32,007 nt of DNA from a virus: the UHGV virus genome UHGV-1480848. One strand, written 5' to 3'. A program made the translations under genes and the position numbers. This document shows, one piece after another, positions 8,856-17,930 of this stretch. Each line of letters starts with the position of its first letter. Positions within the stretch are counted from its first letter, which is position 1. The notes beneath the pieces were generated by a model that had not been told where the DNA came from, ran no database searches, and saw nothing but the letters and a program-made list of their open reading frames with translations.

Positions 8856-9241
8856 CGGAAGATTTATTTGGTGATTTGCAGGATGACACCATCCTGGCAC
8901 ATCTTGACAATCCCGCAGAGGATACGTCACGCTTTCCGGCACTGCTGGCGGAGCTGAACGATTTACTACGCGGGGAATTGTCCCGGCTGGGTGTTGATCC
9001 TGCCCATTCACTGGAGATTGTTGTGGCTATCTGTAAGCATCTGGGCGGCGGTCAGGTCTACATTCCACGCGGTCAGGTTCTGGACTCGCTGATTCGGGAT
9101 TTGCGTATCTGGAATGATTTTAACGGTCGCAACGTCAGCGAACTGACCACCCGTTATGGTGTCACTTTCAATACGGTTTACAAGGCCATTCGCCGGATGC
9201 GACGGCTGAAATACCGCCAGTACCAGCCCTCACTTCTGTAA
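8852..9241 (+). CDS. mor: Middle operon regulator Mor (Mor/C family transcription activator)
   Basis: 129 aa; shares HLGGGQVYIPRG and FNGRN motifs with the downstream C paralog (FLGGRQFYIPCG, FNGRN). Confidence 0.9.
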   Translation: MTEDLFGDLQDDTILAHLDNPAEDTSRFPALLAELNDLLRGELSRLGVDPAHSLEIVVAICKHLGGGQVYIPRGQVLDSLIRDLRIWNDFNGRNVSELTTRYGVTFNTVYKAIRRMRRLKYRQYQPSLL

Positions 9242-9246
9242 ACAGT

Positions 9247-9271
9247 AAAGCCGGTTAATCCGGCTTTTTTT
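9247..9271 (+). terminator. Rho-independent terminator ending the early operon
   Basis: AAAGCCGG-TTAAT-CCGGCTTT hairpin followed by a T-run, 6 nt after the mor stop. Confidence 0.8.
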
Positions 9272-9318
9272 ACGCCCTCAATATCCTGTGATGAATAACC
9301 GTACCGGGGGAAATCATC

Positions 9319-9537
9319 ATGGGTAAAGGCTGGAATGCATCCTTTCATCTTGGCAGACGTGAGCGGCTGCGTCAGGAGGTTTTGCACCGTGTCGCCGGTG
9401 GGCCACGGCCTGCGCCCCGCGACTATACCGGTCATGATGGCACCCACGGCAGTTATTACATGAAAGGCTGGCAGTCAGTTGATATGCCGGAAATTCTTCA
9501 TCATTGCCTGCTTTACAGGGAGAAACATGATGTCTGA
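9319..9537 (+). CDS. Hypothetical middle-operon protein
   Basis: 72-aa ORF between the early terminator and C; no motif recognised. Confidence 0.35.
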   Translation: MGKGWNASFHLGRRERLRQEVLHRVAGGPRPAPRDYTGHDGTHGSYYMKGWQSVDMPEILHHCLLYREKHDV

Positions 9538-9892
9538 GCGTTCTGCTCGTCAGTGGCCTGATTTTTTATCGGTGGTGTTACTGGCGCTGTTATTGTGGAT
9601 AAGTCTGTTTTGTGGCTGGCGCGCGCTGATGTTTTGCTGTGCCTCGGTTTTCAGTGTTGCTTTATGTGTTGCCGGTGATTGTCTGGATGCGCTGATAATG
9701 AGCTGCCGGGTGCCTGAACATTTTGCCCGGTTCGTCTGGCCTCTGACCTGGCTGGGGAGTCTGTCCGGGCTGGGATTAGCCGTGATGGCAACGTCTCAAC
9801 TGAAAACGGGTCCTGAGCATGTCATCTGGGCGCTGGCCGGATTGCTGACGTTCTGGCTCTCCTTTCGTTTTCGCGCTCGTCTGTTCGGGTAA
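9527..9892 (+). CDS. Putative integral membrane protein (about 4 TM segments)
   Basis: ATG 9527 preceded by AGGGAG; hydrophobic stretches VVLLALLLWISLF, ALMFCCASVFSVALCVA, LTWLGSLSGLGLAVMA, VIWALAGLLTFWL. Confidence 0.55.
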   Translation: MMSERSARQWPDFLSVVLLALLLWISLFCGWRALMFCCASVFSVALCVAGDCLDALIMSCRVPEHFARFVWPLTWLGSLSGLGLAVMATSQLKTGPEHVIWALAGLLTFWLSFRFRARLFG

Positions 9893-9901
9893 AGGGGCAC
9901 C

Positions 9902-10021
9902 ATGTACAGAAAATTCAGTGATGAATGTTTCGGGCCGTCCACGCTGATTAGTGCGATAAAAGTGATTGCCCTTGTGGTTCTGATAACCATCAGTGCCGTG
10001 GTGTATCTTTCTGTCTGTTAA
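9902..10021 (+). CDS. Putative 39-aa single-TM peptide (below ORF-track size cutoff)
   Basis: Hand-translated: MYRKFSDECFGPSTLISAIKVIALVVLITISAVVYLSVC; weak AGGGG RBS; fills the gap between the membrane protein and C. Confidence 0.3.
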   Translation: MYRKFSDECFGPSTLISAIKVIALVVLITISAVVYLSVC

Positions 10022-10033
10022 CCGGGGGAAAAT

Positions 10034-10456
10034 ATGCAGCATGATTTATTTGAACACGATCCGGCAATTCGCCAGTTAATCGGACATATTGATAACATCC
10101 CGGCCCCGGAACTGGAATCACGCTGGCCCCGTTCGGTGGTTGATCTGATTGATGTTCTGGAAAACGAACTGAAACGCCAGAACGTCAGCAATCCCCGTGA
10201 GCTTGCCCGTAAACAGGCCGTTGCCCTGTCCTGTTTTCTGGGCGGACGGCAGTTTTACATCCCCTGCGGCGATACGATCCTGACCGCGTTACGCGACGAT
10301 TTGCTTTACTGCCAGTTCAATGGTCGTAACATGGAAGAACTGCGTCGCCAGTATCGCCTGTCCCAGCCGCAGATCTACCAGATTATTGCCCGCCAGAGAA
10401 AGCTGCATACACGACGTCATCAGCCTGATCTGTTCTCACCTGAAAGCCAGAAATAA
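10034..10456 (+). CDS. C: Late gene transcription activator C (Mor/C family)
   Basis: 140 aa; paralog of Mor by shared motifs; precedes the lysis and morphogenesis genes. Confidence 0.9.
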   Translation: MQHDLFEHDPAIRQLIGHIDNIPAPELESRWPRSVVDLIDVLENELKRQNVSNPRELARKQAVALSCFLGGRQFYIPCGDTILTALRDDLLYCQFNGRNMEELRRQYRLSQPQIYQIIARQRKLHTRRHQPDLFSPESQK

Positions 10457-10477
10457 CCGGCATCCTGCCGGTTATTT
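10451..10477 (+). terminator. 12-bp perfect hairpin overlapping the C stop codon; likely middle-transcript terminator
   Basis: AAATAACCGGCA-TCC-TGCCGGTTATTT; U-rich 3' arm; overlaps the TAA of C. Confidence 0.6.
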
Positions 10478-10480
10478 CCT

Positions 10481-10547
10481 GTCACCATAATCCCGCACCT
10501 GCCATCTGATTTTTTAGACTGCCATCAGAGCATTTTTTCAGGGAAGC
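10481..10547 (+). promoter_or_regulatory. Candidate C-dependent late promoter upstream of lys
   Basis: Intergenic region between the C terminator and lys; carries CCCGCACCT at 10493-10501 (also found upstream of I) and direct repeat TGCCATC at 10500-10506 and 10521-10527. Confidence 0.45.
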
Positions 10548-11066
10548 ATGATGGCGGGGATACCAAAAAAACTGAAAGCCGCACTGCTGGCGGCAACGAT
10601 TGCCGGTGGCAGTGTGGGTGGTTATCAGGAAATGACCCGTCAGTCTCTGATCCATCTGGAAAATATCGCTTATATGCCTTACCGCGATATTGCCGGTGTG
10701 CTTACGGTCTGTGTGGGACATACCGGGCCGGATATCGAAATGCGCCGTTACAGCCATGCGGAGTGTATGGCTCTTCTCGACAGTGATTTAAAACCGGTTT
10801 ATGCGGCAATCGATCGTCTTGTCAGGGTGCCGCTGACGCCATATCAGAAAACGGCGCTGGCAACGTTTATTTTCAACACCGGTGTTACCGCATTCAGTAA
10901 ATCAACGCTGCTGAAAAAACTCAATGCCGGTGATTACGCCGGAGCGCGTGACCAGATGGCCCGCTGGGTGTTTGCCGCAGGCCATAAATGGAAAGGACTG
11001 ATGAACCGTCGCGAAGTGGAAATGGCTATCTGGAATATCAGGGGGGCGGATGACCTTCGCCAGTAA
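10548..11066 (+). CDS. lys: SAR endolysin (T4-lysozyme-like muramidase with N-terminal signal-anchor-release domain)
   Basis: 172 aa; N-terminus KKLKAALLAATIAGGSVGGY is Gly/Ala-rich and weakly hydrophobic, typical of SAR domains; closely resembles Mu Lys as remembered. Confidence 0.85.
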   Translation: MMAGIPKKLKAALLAATIAGGSVGGYQEMTRQSLIHLENIAYMPYRDIAGVLTVCVGHTGPDIEMRRYSHAECMALLDSDLKPVYAAIDRLVRVPLTPYQKTALATFIFNTGVTAFSKSTLLKKLNAGDYAGARDQMARWVFAAGHKWKGLMNRREVEMAIWNIRGADDLRQ

Positions 11067-11436
11067 AAGTTTACTGCTGGCAGCCGTGTTTGCCGCCGTT
11101 CTGTCCGGGGTGTTGTGGCACAGGCTGGACAGCACCCGCCACGATAACCAGACGCTGCGCCGTGAATTACAGACGGAGCAACAGGCCCGCCACACTGCTG
11201 AATGGTTGTTACACGGTCAGGAACAGACGATGCAGGTATTTTCCGCTATCCGTGCCGCAAATCGTGCCGCACGGCTGGCAGATGAGACAGAACATCATGA
11301 TGCAAAAGAAAAAATTACAACCGCCATTACCGGTGACAATTGCAGCACTCGTCCTGTGCCTGCCGTTGCTGCTGACAGGTTGCGGGAACTCGAAAAACGC
11401 ACCCGTGCCATCGGTGGTGATCCTGCCCGAAACTGA
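11050..11436 (+). CDS. Inner-membrane spanin component (Rz-like i-spanin)
   Basis: N-terminal TM LLLAAVFAAVLSGVLW followed by a charged helical region; overlaps the end of lys. Confidence 0.7.
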   Translation: MTFASKSLLLAAVFAAVLSGVLWHRLDSTRHDNQTLRRELQTEQQARHTAEWLLHGQEQTMQVFSAIRAANRAARLADETEHHDAKEKITTAITGDNCSTRPVPAVAADRLRELEKRTRAIGGDPARN

Positions 11437-11638
11437 TGCAGAACTGACGGAAGCCACGCCCGTTCCGCCCATGCCACAGCCCCTGACGTGGGGTGCATCC
11501 CTTCTCTGGAATGCTGACCTGTTGATGGCGCTCGGGCAGTGCAACCGCGACAAGGCATCAGTCCGGGAACAGGAGACCCGAAGGAAAGAAATTTATGAAC
11601 GAAGACCAGAACCGGGCGGTGGCGCTGCTGCTCGCTGA
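11297..11638 (+). CDS. Outer-membrane lipoprotein spanin component (Rz1-like o-spanin)
   Basis: Starts in a different frame inside the i-spanin gene; lipoprotein signal with lipobox LLTGC; Pro-rich mature region; start could be 11282 or 11300. Confidence 0.65.
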   Translation: MMQKKKLQPPLPVTIAALVLCLPLLLTGCGNSKNAPVPSVVILPETDAELTEATPVPPMPQPLTWGASLLWNADLLMALGQCNRDKASVREQETRRKEIYERRPEPGGGAAAR

Positions 11639-11789
11639 ACTCTGGCAGGGGGATACCCGTGATATTCCCCGCCCGGCGGCGTATGACCCGCCTGTATTGT
11701 GTGCCGGTTGCGGTCGTGAGCTGCGGCCTGATGTGCTGAGACAGCAGCCGATGGCGAACTACTGCCACTGGTGCCGTGGAGCAGAATAA
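11595..11789 (+). CDS. Small zinc-finger protein (TraR/DksA-like C4 motif)
   Basis: 64 aa; CAGC...x17...CHWC; AAGGAAAG RBS; ends in TAATG overlap with the next gene. Confidence 0.5.
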   Translation: MNEDQNRAVALLLAELWQGDTRDIPRPAAYDPPVLCAGCGRELRPDVLRQQPMANYCHWCRGAE

Positions 11790-12088
11790 TGGATTTGATT
11801 TCAGTTTTAGCGTTATGGCCTTACCTGTTGCCTGTTGTGGCCGGTGGGGCCGTCTGGGCGATGCGTCGTAGTTTTGCCAGCACCGAGCGTGTGGAGCGTC
11901 TTGAAAACCGGATGACCGAAATGGAAACCCGCTACGCCAGCATCCCTGGCACAGAAGATGTACACGAAATGCGCCTGCGAATTGCAGAGCTGTCCGGCGA
12001 TATCCGGGTGCTGTCCCAGCGGGTGCAGTCATTTTCCCATCAACTGGAGCTGCTGCTTGAAAACGCAGTAAACCGGAGTAATTCATGA
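11789..12088 (+). CDS. Membrane-anchored coiled-coil protein, Mu gp25-like (releasin candidate)
   Basis: N-terminal TM ISVLALWPYLLPVVAGGAVWA then coiled-coil; position matches Mu gp25. ORF-track start 11771 is GTG; ATG 11789 preferred. Confidence 0.6.
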   Translation: MDLISVLALWPYLLPVVAGGAVWAMRRSFASTERVERLENRMTEMETRYASIPGTEDVHEMRLRIAELSGDIRVLSQRVQSFSHQLELLLENAVNRSNS

Positions 12089-12375
12089 TTAACGATATTC
12101 TGACCGAAGACCGTCGTCTGGTCATCCTGCGTTCCCTGATGGACTGCAATAACGAAGCCAACGAATCCATCCTTCAGGACTGTCTGGATGCATACGGACA
12201 CAACGTTTCCCGTGATGTGGTTCGCGGCCAGATTGACTGGCTGGCAGAGCAGCAACTGGTCACCGTGGAAAACCTGCGCGGCTTTTATGTCGTAACGCTG
12301 ACCTCCCGTGGTCAGGATGTGGCGGAAGGCCGTGCCCGCATTGCCGGTGTCAAGCGTCCGCGTCCCCGTGCATGA
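12085..12375 (+). CDS. Hypothetical protein (positional analog of Mu gp26)
   Basis: 96-aa ORF with ATGA overlap to the previous gene. Confidence 0.5.
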   Translation: MINDILTEDRRLVILRSLMDCNNEANESILQDCLDAYGHNVSRDVVRGQIDWLAEQQLVTVENLRGFYVVTLTSRGQDVAEGRARIAGVKRPRPRA

Positions 12376-12962
12376 CAGGAGGCGTGATGGACAGGAAAAC
12401 ACGGGGACGGGCTTCAAAAGTGGATTTACTGCCGGAAAATGTACGTAAAACGCTGCATGAAATGCTGCGTGATAAGGCGATCCCACAGGCCCGCATTCTT
12501 GAAGAAATTAACGCACTGATTGAAGACGCTGGCCTGCCGGATGAGATGAAACTCTCCCGTTCAGGTCTGAACCGTTACGCGACGAACGTCGAGCAGGTAG
12601 GCCATAACCTGCGGCAGATGCGTGAAATGACGTCAGCACTGACCGCAGAACTTGGCGACAAGCCAATGGGTGAAACCACAAAGCTGATTCTGGAAATGGC
12701 CCGCAGCCAGCTTTTTAAGGCCATGATGCGGCAAATCGAAAACCCGGAATCTGACGTGGATATTGACCTGCTGAAAAATGCCATGCTGGCGGCACAGCGT
12801 CTGGAATCCACGGCAATGTCCAGCCACCGGCGCGAGAAAGAAATCCGCCAGGCATTCGCAGAAGAAGCGGCAAACGCCGTCAGTGAAGAACTGCGCGGGC
12901 AGGATGGCATCAGCGAAGAGCTGGAGCAGCGTATCCGTGATGTGCTGCTGGGTAAGGCATGA
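12372..12962 (+). CDS. Mu gp27-like protein (putative terminase small subunit / DNA-recognition component)
   Basis: Immediately upstream of terminase large subunit; alternative start ATG 12387 after AGGAGG. Confidence 0.65.
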   Translation: MTGGVMDRKTRGRASKVDLLPENVRKTLHEMLRDKAIPQARILEEINALIEDAGLPDEMKLSRSGLNRYATNVEQVGHNLRQMREMTSALTAELGDKPMGETTKLILEMARSQLFKAMMRQIENPESDVDIDLLKNAMLAAQRLESTAMSSHRREKEIRQAFAEEAANAVSEELRGQDGISEELEQRIRDVLLGKA

Positions 12963-12969
12963 GAGGGTT

Positions 12970-14625
12970 ATGAACACCAGAGAAAACAATCTTAAAGCCC
13001 TTCATGCCCCCCGAAAAATCGACCTGCGTAAGGAAGCCGAACTGCTGGGCGTGAATATCGTTACCGATATCGGGGAAGCACAGCCTCGCAATGAACCGGT
13101 TTTTCTGGGTTATCAGCGCCGCTGGTTTGAGGATGAAAGCCAGATTTGTATTGCTGAAAAATCCCGTCGTACCGGTCTGACATGGGCCGAAGCGGGCCGC
13201 AATGTCATGACGGCAGCAAAGCCGCGTCGCCGTGGCGGTCGCAACGTTTTTTATGTGGGTTCCCGTCAGGAAATGGCGCTGGAATACATTGCCGCCTGTG
13301 CCCTGTTTGCCCGCGCCTTTAACCAACTGGCAAAGGCTGACGTATGGGAGCAGACCTTCTGGGACAGCGACAAAAAAGAAGAAATCCTCACTTATATGAT
13401 CCGTTTCCCTAACAGCGGATTTAAGGTGCAGGCGCTGTCAAGCCGTCCGTCTAACCTGCGTGGTTTGCAGGGAGACGTGGTGATTGATGAGGCGGCATTT
13501 CATGAAGCCCTGGACGAACTCCTGAAAGCGGCTTTTGCTCTCACCATGTGGGGTGCCCGCGTGCGGATCATATCGACACATAACGGCGTCGATAACCTGT
13601 TTAACCAGTACATTCAGGATGCGCGCGAGGGGCGCAAGGATTACAGCGTTCACCGCATCACGCTGGATGATGCCATCGCTGACGGGTTGTACCGACGTAT
13701 CTGTTACGTCACGAATCAGCCGTGGTCGCCGGAAGCGGAAAAAGCCTGGCGTGATGGCCTGTACCGGAATGCGCCGAATAAAGAGAGTGCCGACGAGGAA
13801 TACGGCTGCATTCCCAAAAAATCCGGGGGCGCTTATCTGTCACGCGTGCTGATTGAAGCCGCCATGACGCCAGTGCGGGATATCCCGATTCTGCGTTTTG
13901 AAGCCCCGGACGATTTTGAATCGCTGACACCACAAATGCGCCACGGCATCGTTCAGGACTGGTGTGAACAGGAGCTGCTCCCGTTGCTCGATGCGCTGTC
14001 GCCGCTCAATAAACACGTACTGGGCGAAGACTTTGCACGCCGTGGCGACCTGACGGTGTTTGTGCCGCTTGCCATCACTCCTGACTTACGCAAACGCGAA
14101 TGTTTCCGCGTGGAGCTGCGTAATGTGACCTATGACCAGCAGCGACAAATCCTTTTATTCATTCTGTCCCGTTTGCCCCGTTTTACCGGCGCTGCATTTG
14201 ATGCCACCGGTAACGGCGGTTATCTGGCAGAAGCCGCCCGTCTGATTTATGGCCCGGAGATGATCGACTGCATCAGTCTGACCGCCGCCTGGTATCAGGA
14301 GTGGATGCCGAAACTGAAAGGCGAGTTTGAAGCGCAGAACATCACGATTGCCCGGCATCAGACCACACTCGATGACCTGCTTCATATCAAGGTGGACAAA
14401 GGTATTCCGCAGATTGATAAGGGGCGCACAAAAGATGAAAGCGGTAAAGGCCGACGACATGGTGACTTTGCCGTGGCGCTCTGTATGGCTGTCAGGGCGT
14501 CTTATATGAATGGTTTTGTTATCGACGAGGACAGCATACAGGCGCTGCCACCACGCCACCGTGGTGATGATGTTGATAACGATGATTTTGATGATTATCA
14601 CCAGTTTGAACGAGGGGGCTGGTAA
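12970..14625 (+). CDS. Terminase large subunit
   Basis: 551 aa from ATG 12970 (GAGAGGG RBS); ATPase-like VFYVGSRQ and nuclease-like C-terminal half. ORF-track start 12778 overlaps the upstream gene. Confidence 0.85.
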   Translation: MNTRENNLKALHAPRKIDLRKEAELLGVNIVTDIGEAQPRNEPVFLGYQRRWFEDESQICIAEKSRRTGLTWAEAGRNVMTAAKPRRRGGRNVFYVGSRQEMALEYIAACALFARAFNQLAKADVWEQTFWDSDKKEEILTYMIRFPNSGFKVQALSSRPSNLRGLQGDVVIDEAAFHEALDELLKAAFALTMWGARVRIISTHNGVDNLFNQYIQDAREGRKDYSVHRITLDDAIADGLYRRICYVTNQPWSPEAEKAWRDGLYRNAPNKESADEEYGCIPKKSGGAYLSRVLIEAAMTPVRDIPILRFEAPDDFESLTPQMRHGIVQDWCEQELLPLLDALSPLNKHVLGEDFARRGDLTVFVPLAITPDLRKRECFRVELRNVTYDQQRQILLFILSRLPRFTGAAFDATGNGGYLAEAARLIYGPEMIDCISLTAAWYQEWMPKLKGEFEAQNITIARHQTTLDDLLHIKVDKGIPQIDKGRTKDESGKGRRHGDFAVALCMAVRASYMNGFVIDEDSIQALPPRHRGDDVDNDDFDDYHQFERGGW

Positions 14626-16163
14626 TGGGCCGTATTCTGGATATTTCCGGGCAGCCGTTTGATTTTGACGATGAAATGCAGACCCGCAGCGATGAGCTGG
14701 CAATGGTCATGAAGCGCACGCAGGAGCATCCTTCCAGTGGTGTGACGCCGAACCGGGCCGCGCAGATGCTGCGTGATGCCGAACGCGGTGATCTGACCGC
14801 ACAGGCTGACCTGGCCTTTGATATGGAAGAAAAGGACACCCACCTTTTTTCCGAACTGAGCAAGCGCCGCCTTGCCATTCAGGCGCTGGAATGGCGCATC
14901 GCTCCGGCACGTGATGCCAGCGCACAGGAGAAAAAAGACGCCGACATGCTGAATGAATATCTGCATGATGCGGCGTGGTTTGAAGATGCCCTGTTTGATG
15001 CCGGTGATGCCATTCTCAAGGGTTATTCCATGCAGGAGATTGAATGGGGCTGGCTGGGCAAAATGCGCGTGCCGGTGGCGCTGCATCATCGCGATCCGGC
15101 GCTGTTCTGCGCGAACCCCGATAATCTGAACGAATTACGTCTGCGTGATACGTCTTATCACGGGCTGGAGCTGCAACCGTTCGGCTGGTTTATGCACCGG
15201 GCCAAATCCCGCACCGGGTATGTTGGCACCAATGGCCTTGTGCGCACGCTTATCTGGCCTTTTATTTTTAAAAACTATTCCGTGCGTGATTTTGCAGAGT
15301 TTCTGGAAATTTACGGACTCCCCATGCGCGTCGGTAAATATCCGACCGGCTCCACAAACCGTGAGAAAGCCACGCTGATGCAGGCCGTGATGGATATCGG
15401 GCGACGTGCCGGTGGCATTATTCCGATGGGGATGACGCTGGATTTTCAGAGCGCCGCAGATGGTCAGTCAGACCCCTTTATGGCGATGATTGGCTGGGCA
15501 GAAAAAGCGATTTCAAAAGCCATTCTTGGCGGCACCCTGACCACAGAGGCTGGCGATAAAGGTGCACGGTCGCTGGGTGAAGTGCATGATGAGGTTCGCC
15601 GGGAAATCCGTAACGCGGATGTGGGCCAGCTTGCCCGCAGTATTAACCGTGACCTGATTTATCCCCTGCTGGCACTGAACAGTGACAGCACCATTGATAT
15701 TAACCGCCTGCCGGGCATTGTATTTGATACCAGTGAAGCGGGTGATATTACGGCACTGTCTGACGCCATTCCGAAACTGGCGGCGGGAATGCGTATTCCG
15801 GTCTCCTGGATACAGGAAAAACTTCATATTCCACAGCCGGTCGGTGATGAAGCCGTGTTTACTGCTCAACCGGTTGTCCCGGATAACGGTCCGCAGAAAG
15901 AGGCCGCATTATCCGCTGAAGATATCCCGCAGGAGGATGATATCGACCGGATGGGCGTCTCACCGGAAGACTGGCAGCGTTCGGTTGATCCCCTGCTGAA
16001 ACCCGTCATTTTTTCTGTGCTGAAAGATGGCCCGGAAGCCGCCATGAACAAAGCCGCTTCATTATATCCGCAGATGGATGATGCAGAACTTATCGACATG
16101 CTGACCCGTGCCATTTTTGTTGCCGATATATGGGGGCGTCTGGATGCCGCAGCAGACCATTGA
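14625..16163 (+). CDS. Portal protein (Mu gp29 family)
   Basis: 512 aa; TAATG overlap with terminase; sits between terminase and the F-like protein. Confidence 0.85.
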   Translation: MGRILDISGQPFDFDDEMQTRSDELAMVMKRTQEHPSSGVTPNRAAQMLRDAERGDLTAQADLAFDMEEKDTHLFSELSKRRLAIQALEWRIAPARDASAQEKKDADMLNEYLHDAAWFEDALFDAGDAILKGYSMQEIEWGWLGKMRVPVALHHRDPALFCANPDNLNELRLRDTSYHGLELQPFGWFMHRAKSRTGYVGTNGLVRTLIWPFIFKNYSVRDFAEFLEIYGLPMRVGKYPTGSTNREKATLMQAVMDIGRRAGGIIPMGMTLDFQSAADGQSDPFMAMIGWAEKAISKAILGGTLTTEAGDKGARSLGEVHDEVRREIRNADVGQLARSINRDLIYPLLALNSDSTIDINRLPGIVFDTSEAGDITALSDAIPKLAAGMRIPVSWIQEKLHIPQPVGDEAVFTAQPVVPDNGPQKEAALSAEDIPQEDDIDRMGVSPEDWQRSVDPLLKPVIFSVLKDGPEAAMNKAASLYPQMDDAELIDMLTRAIFVADIWGRLDAAADH

Positions 16164-17463
16164 TCTGGCGTATGCCGCACGCCTCCCGCCAAAGGAGGCT
16201 GTCGCGTATTTCCGCGCCAAAGGCTACAACATCACCTGGAACTGGTACGAACAACTGGCAGACGCGCACGCCCGCGCCTTTACCGTTGCCAAAGCCACCC
16301 GGATGGATGTCCTGACCACAATCCGTGAGGAAGTGGAGCGGGCTGTCAGTGAAGGCATCACCCGTGAGGAATTTACCCGCACACTGGCCCCCCGGCTGCA
16401 AAAACTCGGATGGTGGGGAAAACAAATCATCGTGGATGCAGAGGGAAACGCAAAGGTAATCGAGCTGGGCAGTCCGCGTCGTCTGGCAACCATTTATAAC
16501 GTCAATACCCGTACGGCGTATGGGGCAGGACGTTATGCGCAGATGATGAATACCGCAGATTTGTATCCGTACTGGCAGTATGTTGCCGTTATGGATGGCA
16601 GAACACGCCCGGAACATGCGCGGCTGCACAATATGGTTTTCAGGTATGACGACATTTTCTGGCAGACGCATTACCCGCCCAATGGCTGGAACTGCCGCTG
16701 TCGCGTCCGGGCGGTGTCTGCGGCCCGCATGAAAGAACTGGGGCTACAGGTCAGTTATGGTGCGTCATTCATGAACACCCGCGAAGTGGATGCCGGTACG
16801 GATGAAAGCACCGGAGAGATTTTCCGCACATCGTCAACCACATTTGACAACGGTCGGGTAAAAATGACGCCGGATGTAGGCTGGTCATATAACCCTGGTT
16901 CGGCGGCATTTGGTACGGATCAGGCACTGATTCGAAAACTGGTGGAAATTCACGACGCGCAGCTGCGTGAGCAGGTTGTGCAGACACTGAATAACAGCCG
17001 GGAGCGTCAGCTTGCTTTTTCCCTCTGGCTTAAACGCCTGGCAGGATCACGTCAGGCCGGTCATGAAATCCGGGCGCTGGGTTTTATGACGGGATCCGTG
17101 GCTGAAGCCGTATATCAGCGCACCGGGAATATGCCAGCCCGTTTGCTTGTAATGAACGGGAAAAGTCTGGCGACCACTGCTGATGCCGCCCTGAAACCGG
17201 AAGATTTACAGCGTCTGCCGTCGCTGATGGCAAAACCACAGGCGGTATTGTGGGACAGGGAGAACCACCAGTTGCTGTATGTTGTGGCAACCCGCGACGG
17301 CACTGCAAAAGTTGTGGTCAGAACATCGCAGGCTGTCAGCAAACAGAATGACCGGGCGGATGTGCTGGTCAGTATCAGCCGCGTATCTGCACTGTCGCTT
17401 GAAGCCGCGATTGCTGACGGGATGATTGACATACTGGAGGGGCATGTGGAGGTGAATAAGTGA
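16144..17463 (+). CDS. F: Head morphogenesis protein, Mu F-like
   Basis: MuF-family motifs (RPEHARLHNMVF, YPPNGWNCRCRV); ATG 16144 overlaps the portal end by 20 nt; alternative GTG 16108. Confidence 0.8.
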   Translation: MPQQTIDLAYAARLPPKEAVAYFRAKGYNITWNWYEQLADAHARAFTVAKATRMDVLTTIREEVERAVSEGITREEFTRTLAPRLQKLGWWGKQIIVDAEGNAKVIELGSPRRLATIYNVNTRTAYGAGRYAQMMNTADLYPYWQYVAVMDGRTRPEHARLHNMVFRYDDIFWQTHYPPNGWNCRCRVRAVSAARMKELGLQVSYGASFMNTREVDAGTDESTGEIFRTSSTTFDNGRVKMTPDVGWSYNPGSAAFGTDQALIRKLVEIHDAQLREQVVQTLNNSRERQLAFSLWLKRLAGSRQAGHEIRALGFMTGSVAEAVYQRTGNMPARLLVMNGKSLATTADAALKPEDLQRLPSLMAKPQAVLWDRENHQLLYVVATRDGTAKVVVRTSQAVSKQNDRADVLVSISRVSALSLEAAIADGMIDILEGHVEVNK

Positions 17464-17471
17464 GTCTTGAT

Positions 17472-17930
17472 ATGAACGTTGCCGTGGATGTGCGACGTAT
17501 TCAGCTTGCACTGGATGAACTGGGAACCGTTACACGTGACCGCGCCATTCCCCGTGTGATGGCTGCGGCGCTGCTGTCATCCACGGAACAGGCATTTGAA
17601 CGGCAGGCAGACCCGGATACAGGGAAAGGCTGGGAAGCGTGGAGCGATTCGTGGCTGGCATGGCGTCAGGATCATGGTTTTGTTCCGGGCAGTATCCTTA
17701 CCCTGCATGGCGATCTGGCACGCAGCATTACCACCGATTATGGACAGGATTATGCCCTGATTGGTTCGCCAAAAATTTATGCTGCCATTCATCAGTGGGG
17801 CGGTACACCCGATATGGCACCCCGCCCGGCAGGCGTTCCTGCGCGTCCTTATATGGGGCTGGATAAGACCGGGGAACAGGAAATTTTTGATGCCATCAGA
17901 AAACGCGTCAGCACCGCTCTGAGGCAATAA
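17472..17930 (+). CDS. G: Virion morphogenesis protein, Mu G-like
   Basis: Follows F as in Mu; alternative GTG start 17460 overlapping the F stop. Confidence 0.7.
   Translation: MNVAVDVRRIQLALDELGTVTRDRAIPRVMAAALLSSTEQAFERQADPDTGKGWEAWSDSWLAWRQDHGFVPGSILTLHGDLARSITTDYGQDYALIGSPKIYAAIHQWGGTPDMAPRPAGVPARPYMGLDKTGEQEIFDAIRKRVSTALRQ

Noticed and set aside
11295-12170. 291-aa ORF on the minus strand
   Set aside because: Antisense to the spanin, zinc-finger and gp25-like genes; compositionally biased (Arg/Ala/Ser/Pro-rich) as expected for a spurious ORF in GC-rich coding DNA; no RBS context.
12778-12969. Upstream extension of the terminase ORF
   Set aside because: Would overlap the preceding gene by ~190 nt; an internal ATG at 12970 with a GAGAGGG RBS sits right after the upstream stop.
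16108-16143. GTG start for the F-like gene
   Set aside because: ATG 16144 is available and gives a shorter overlap with the portal gene; kept only as an alternative.
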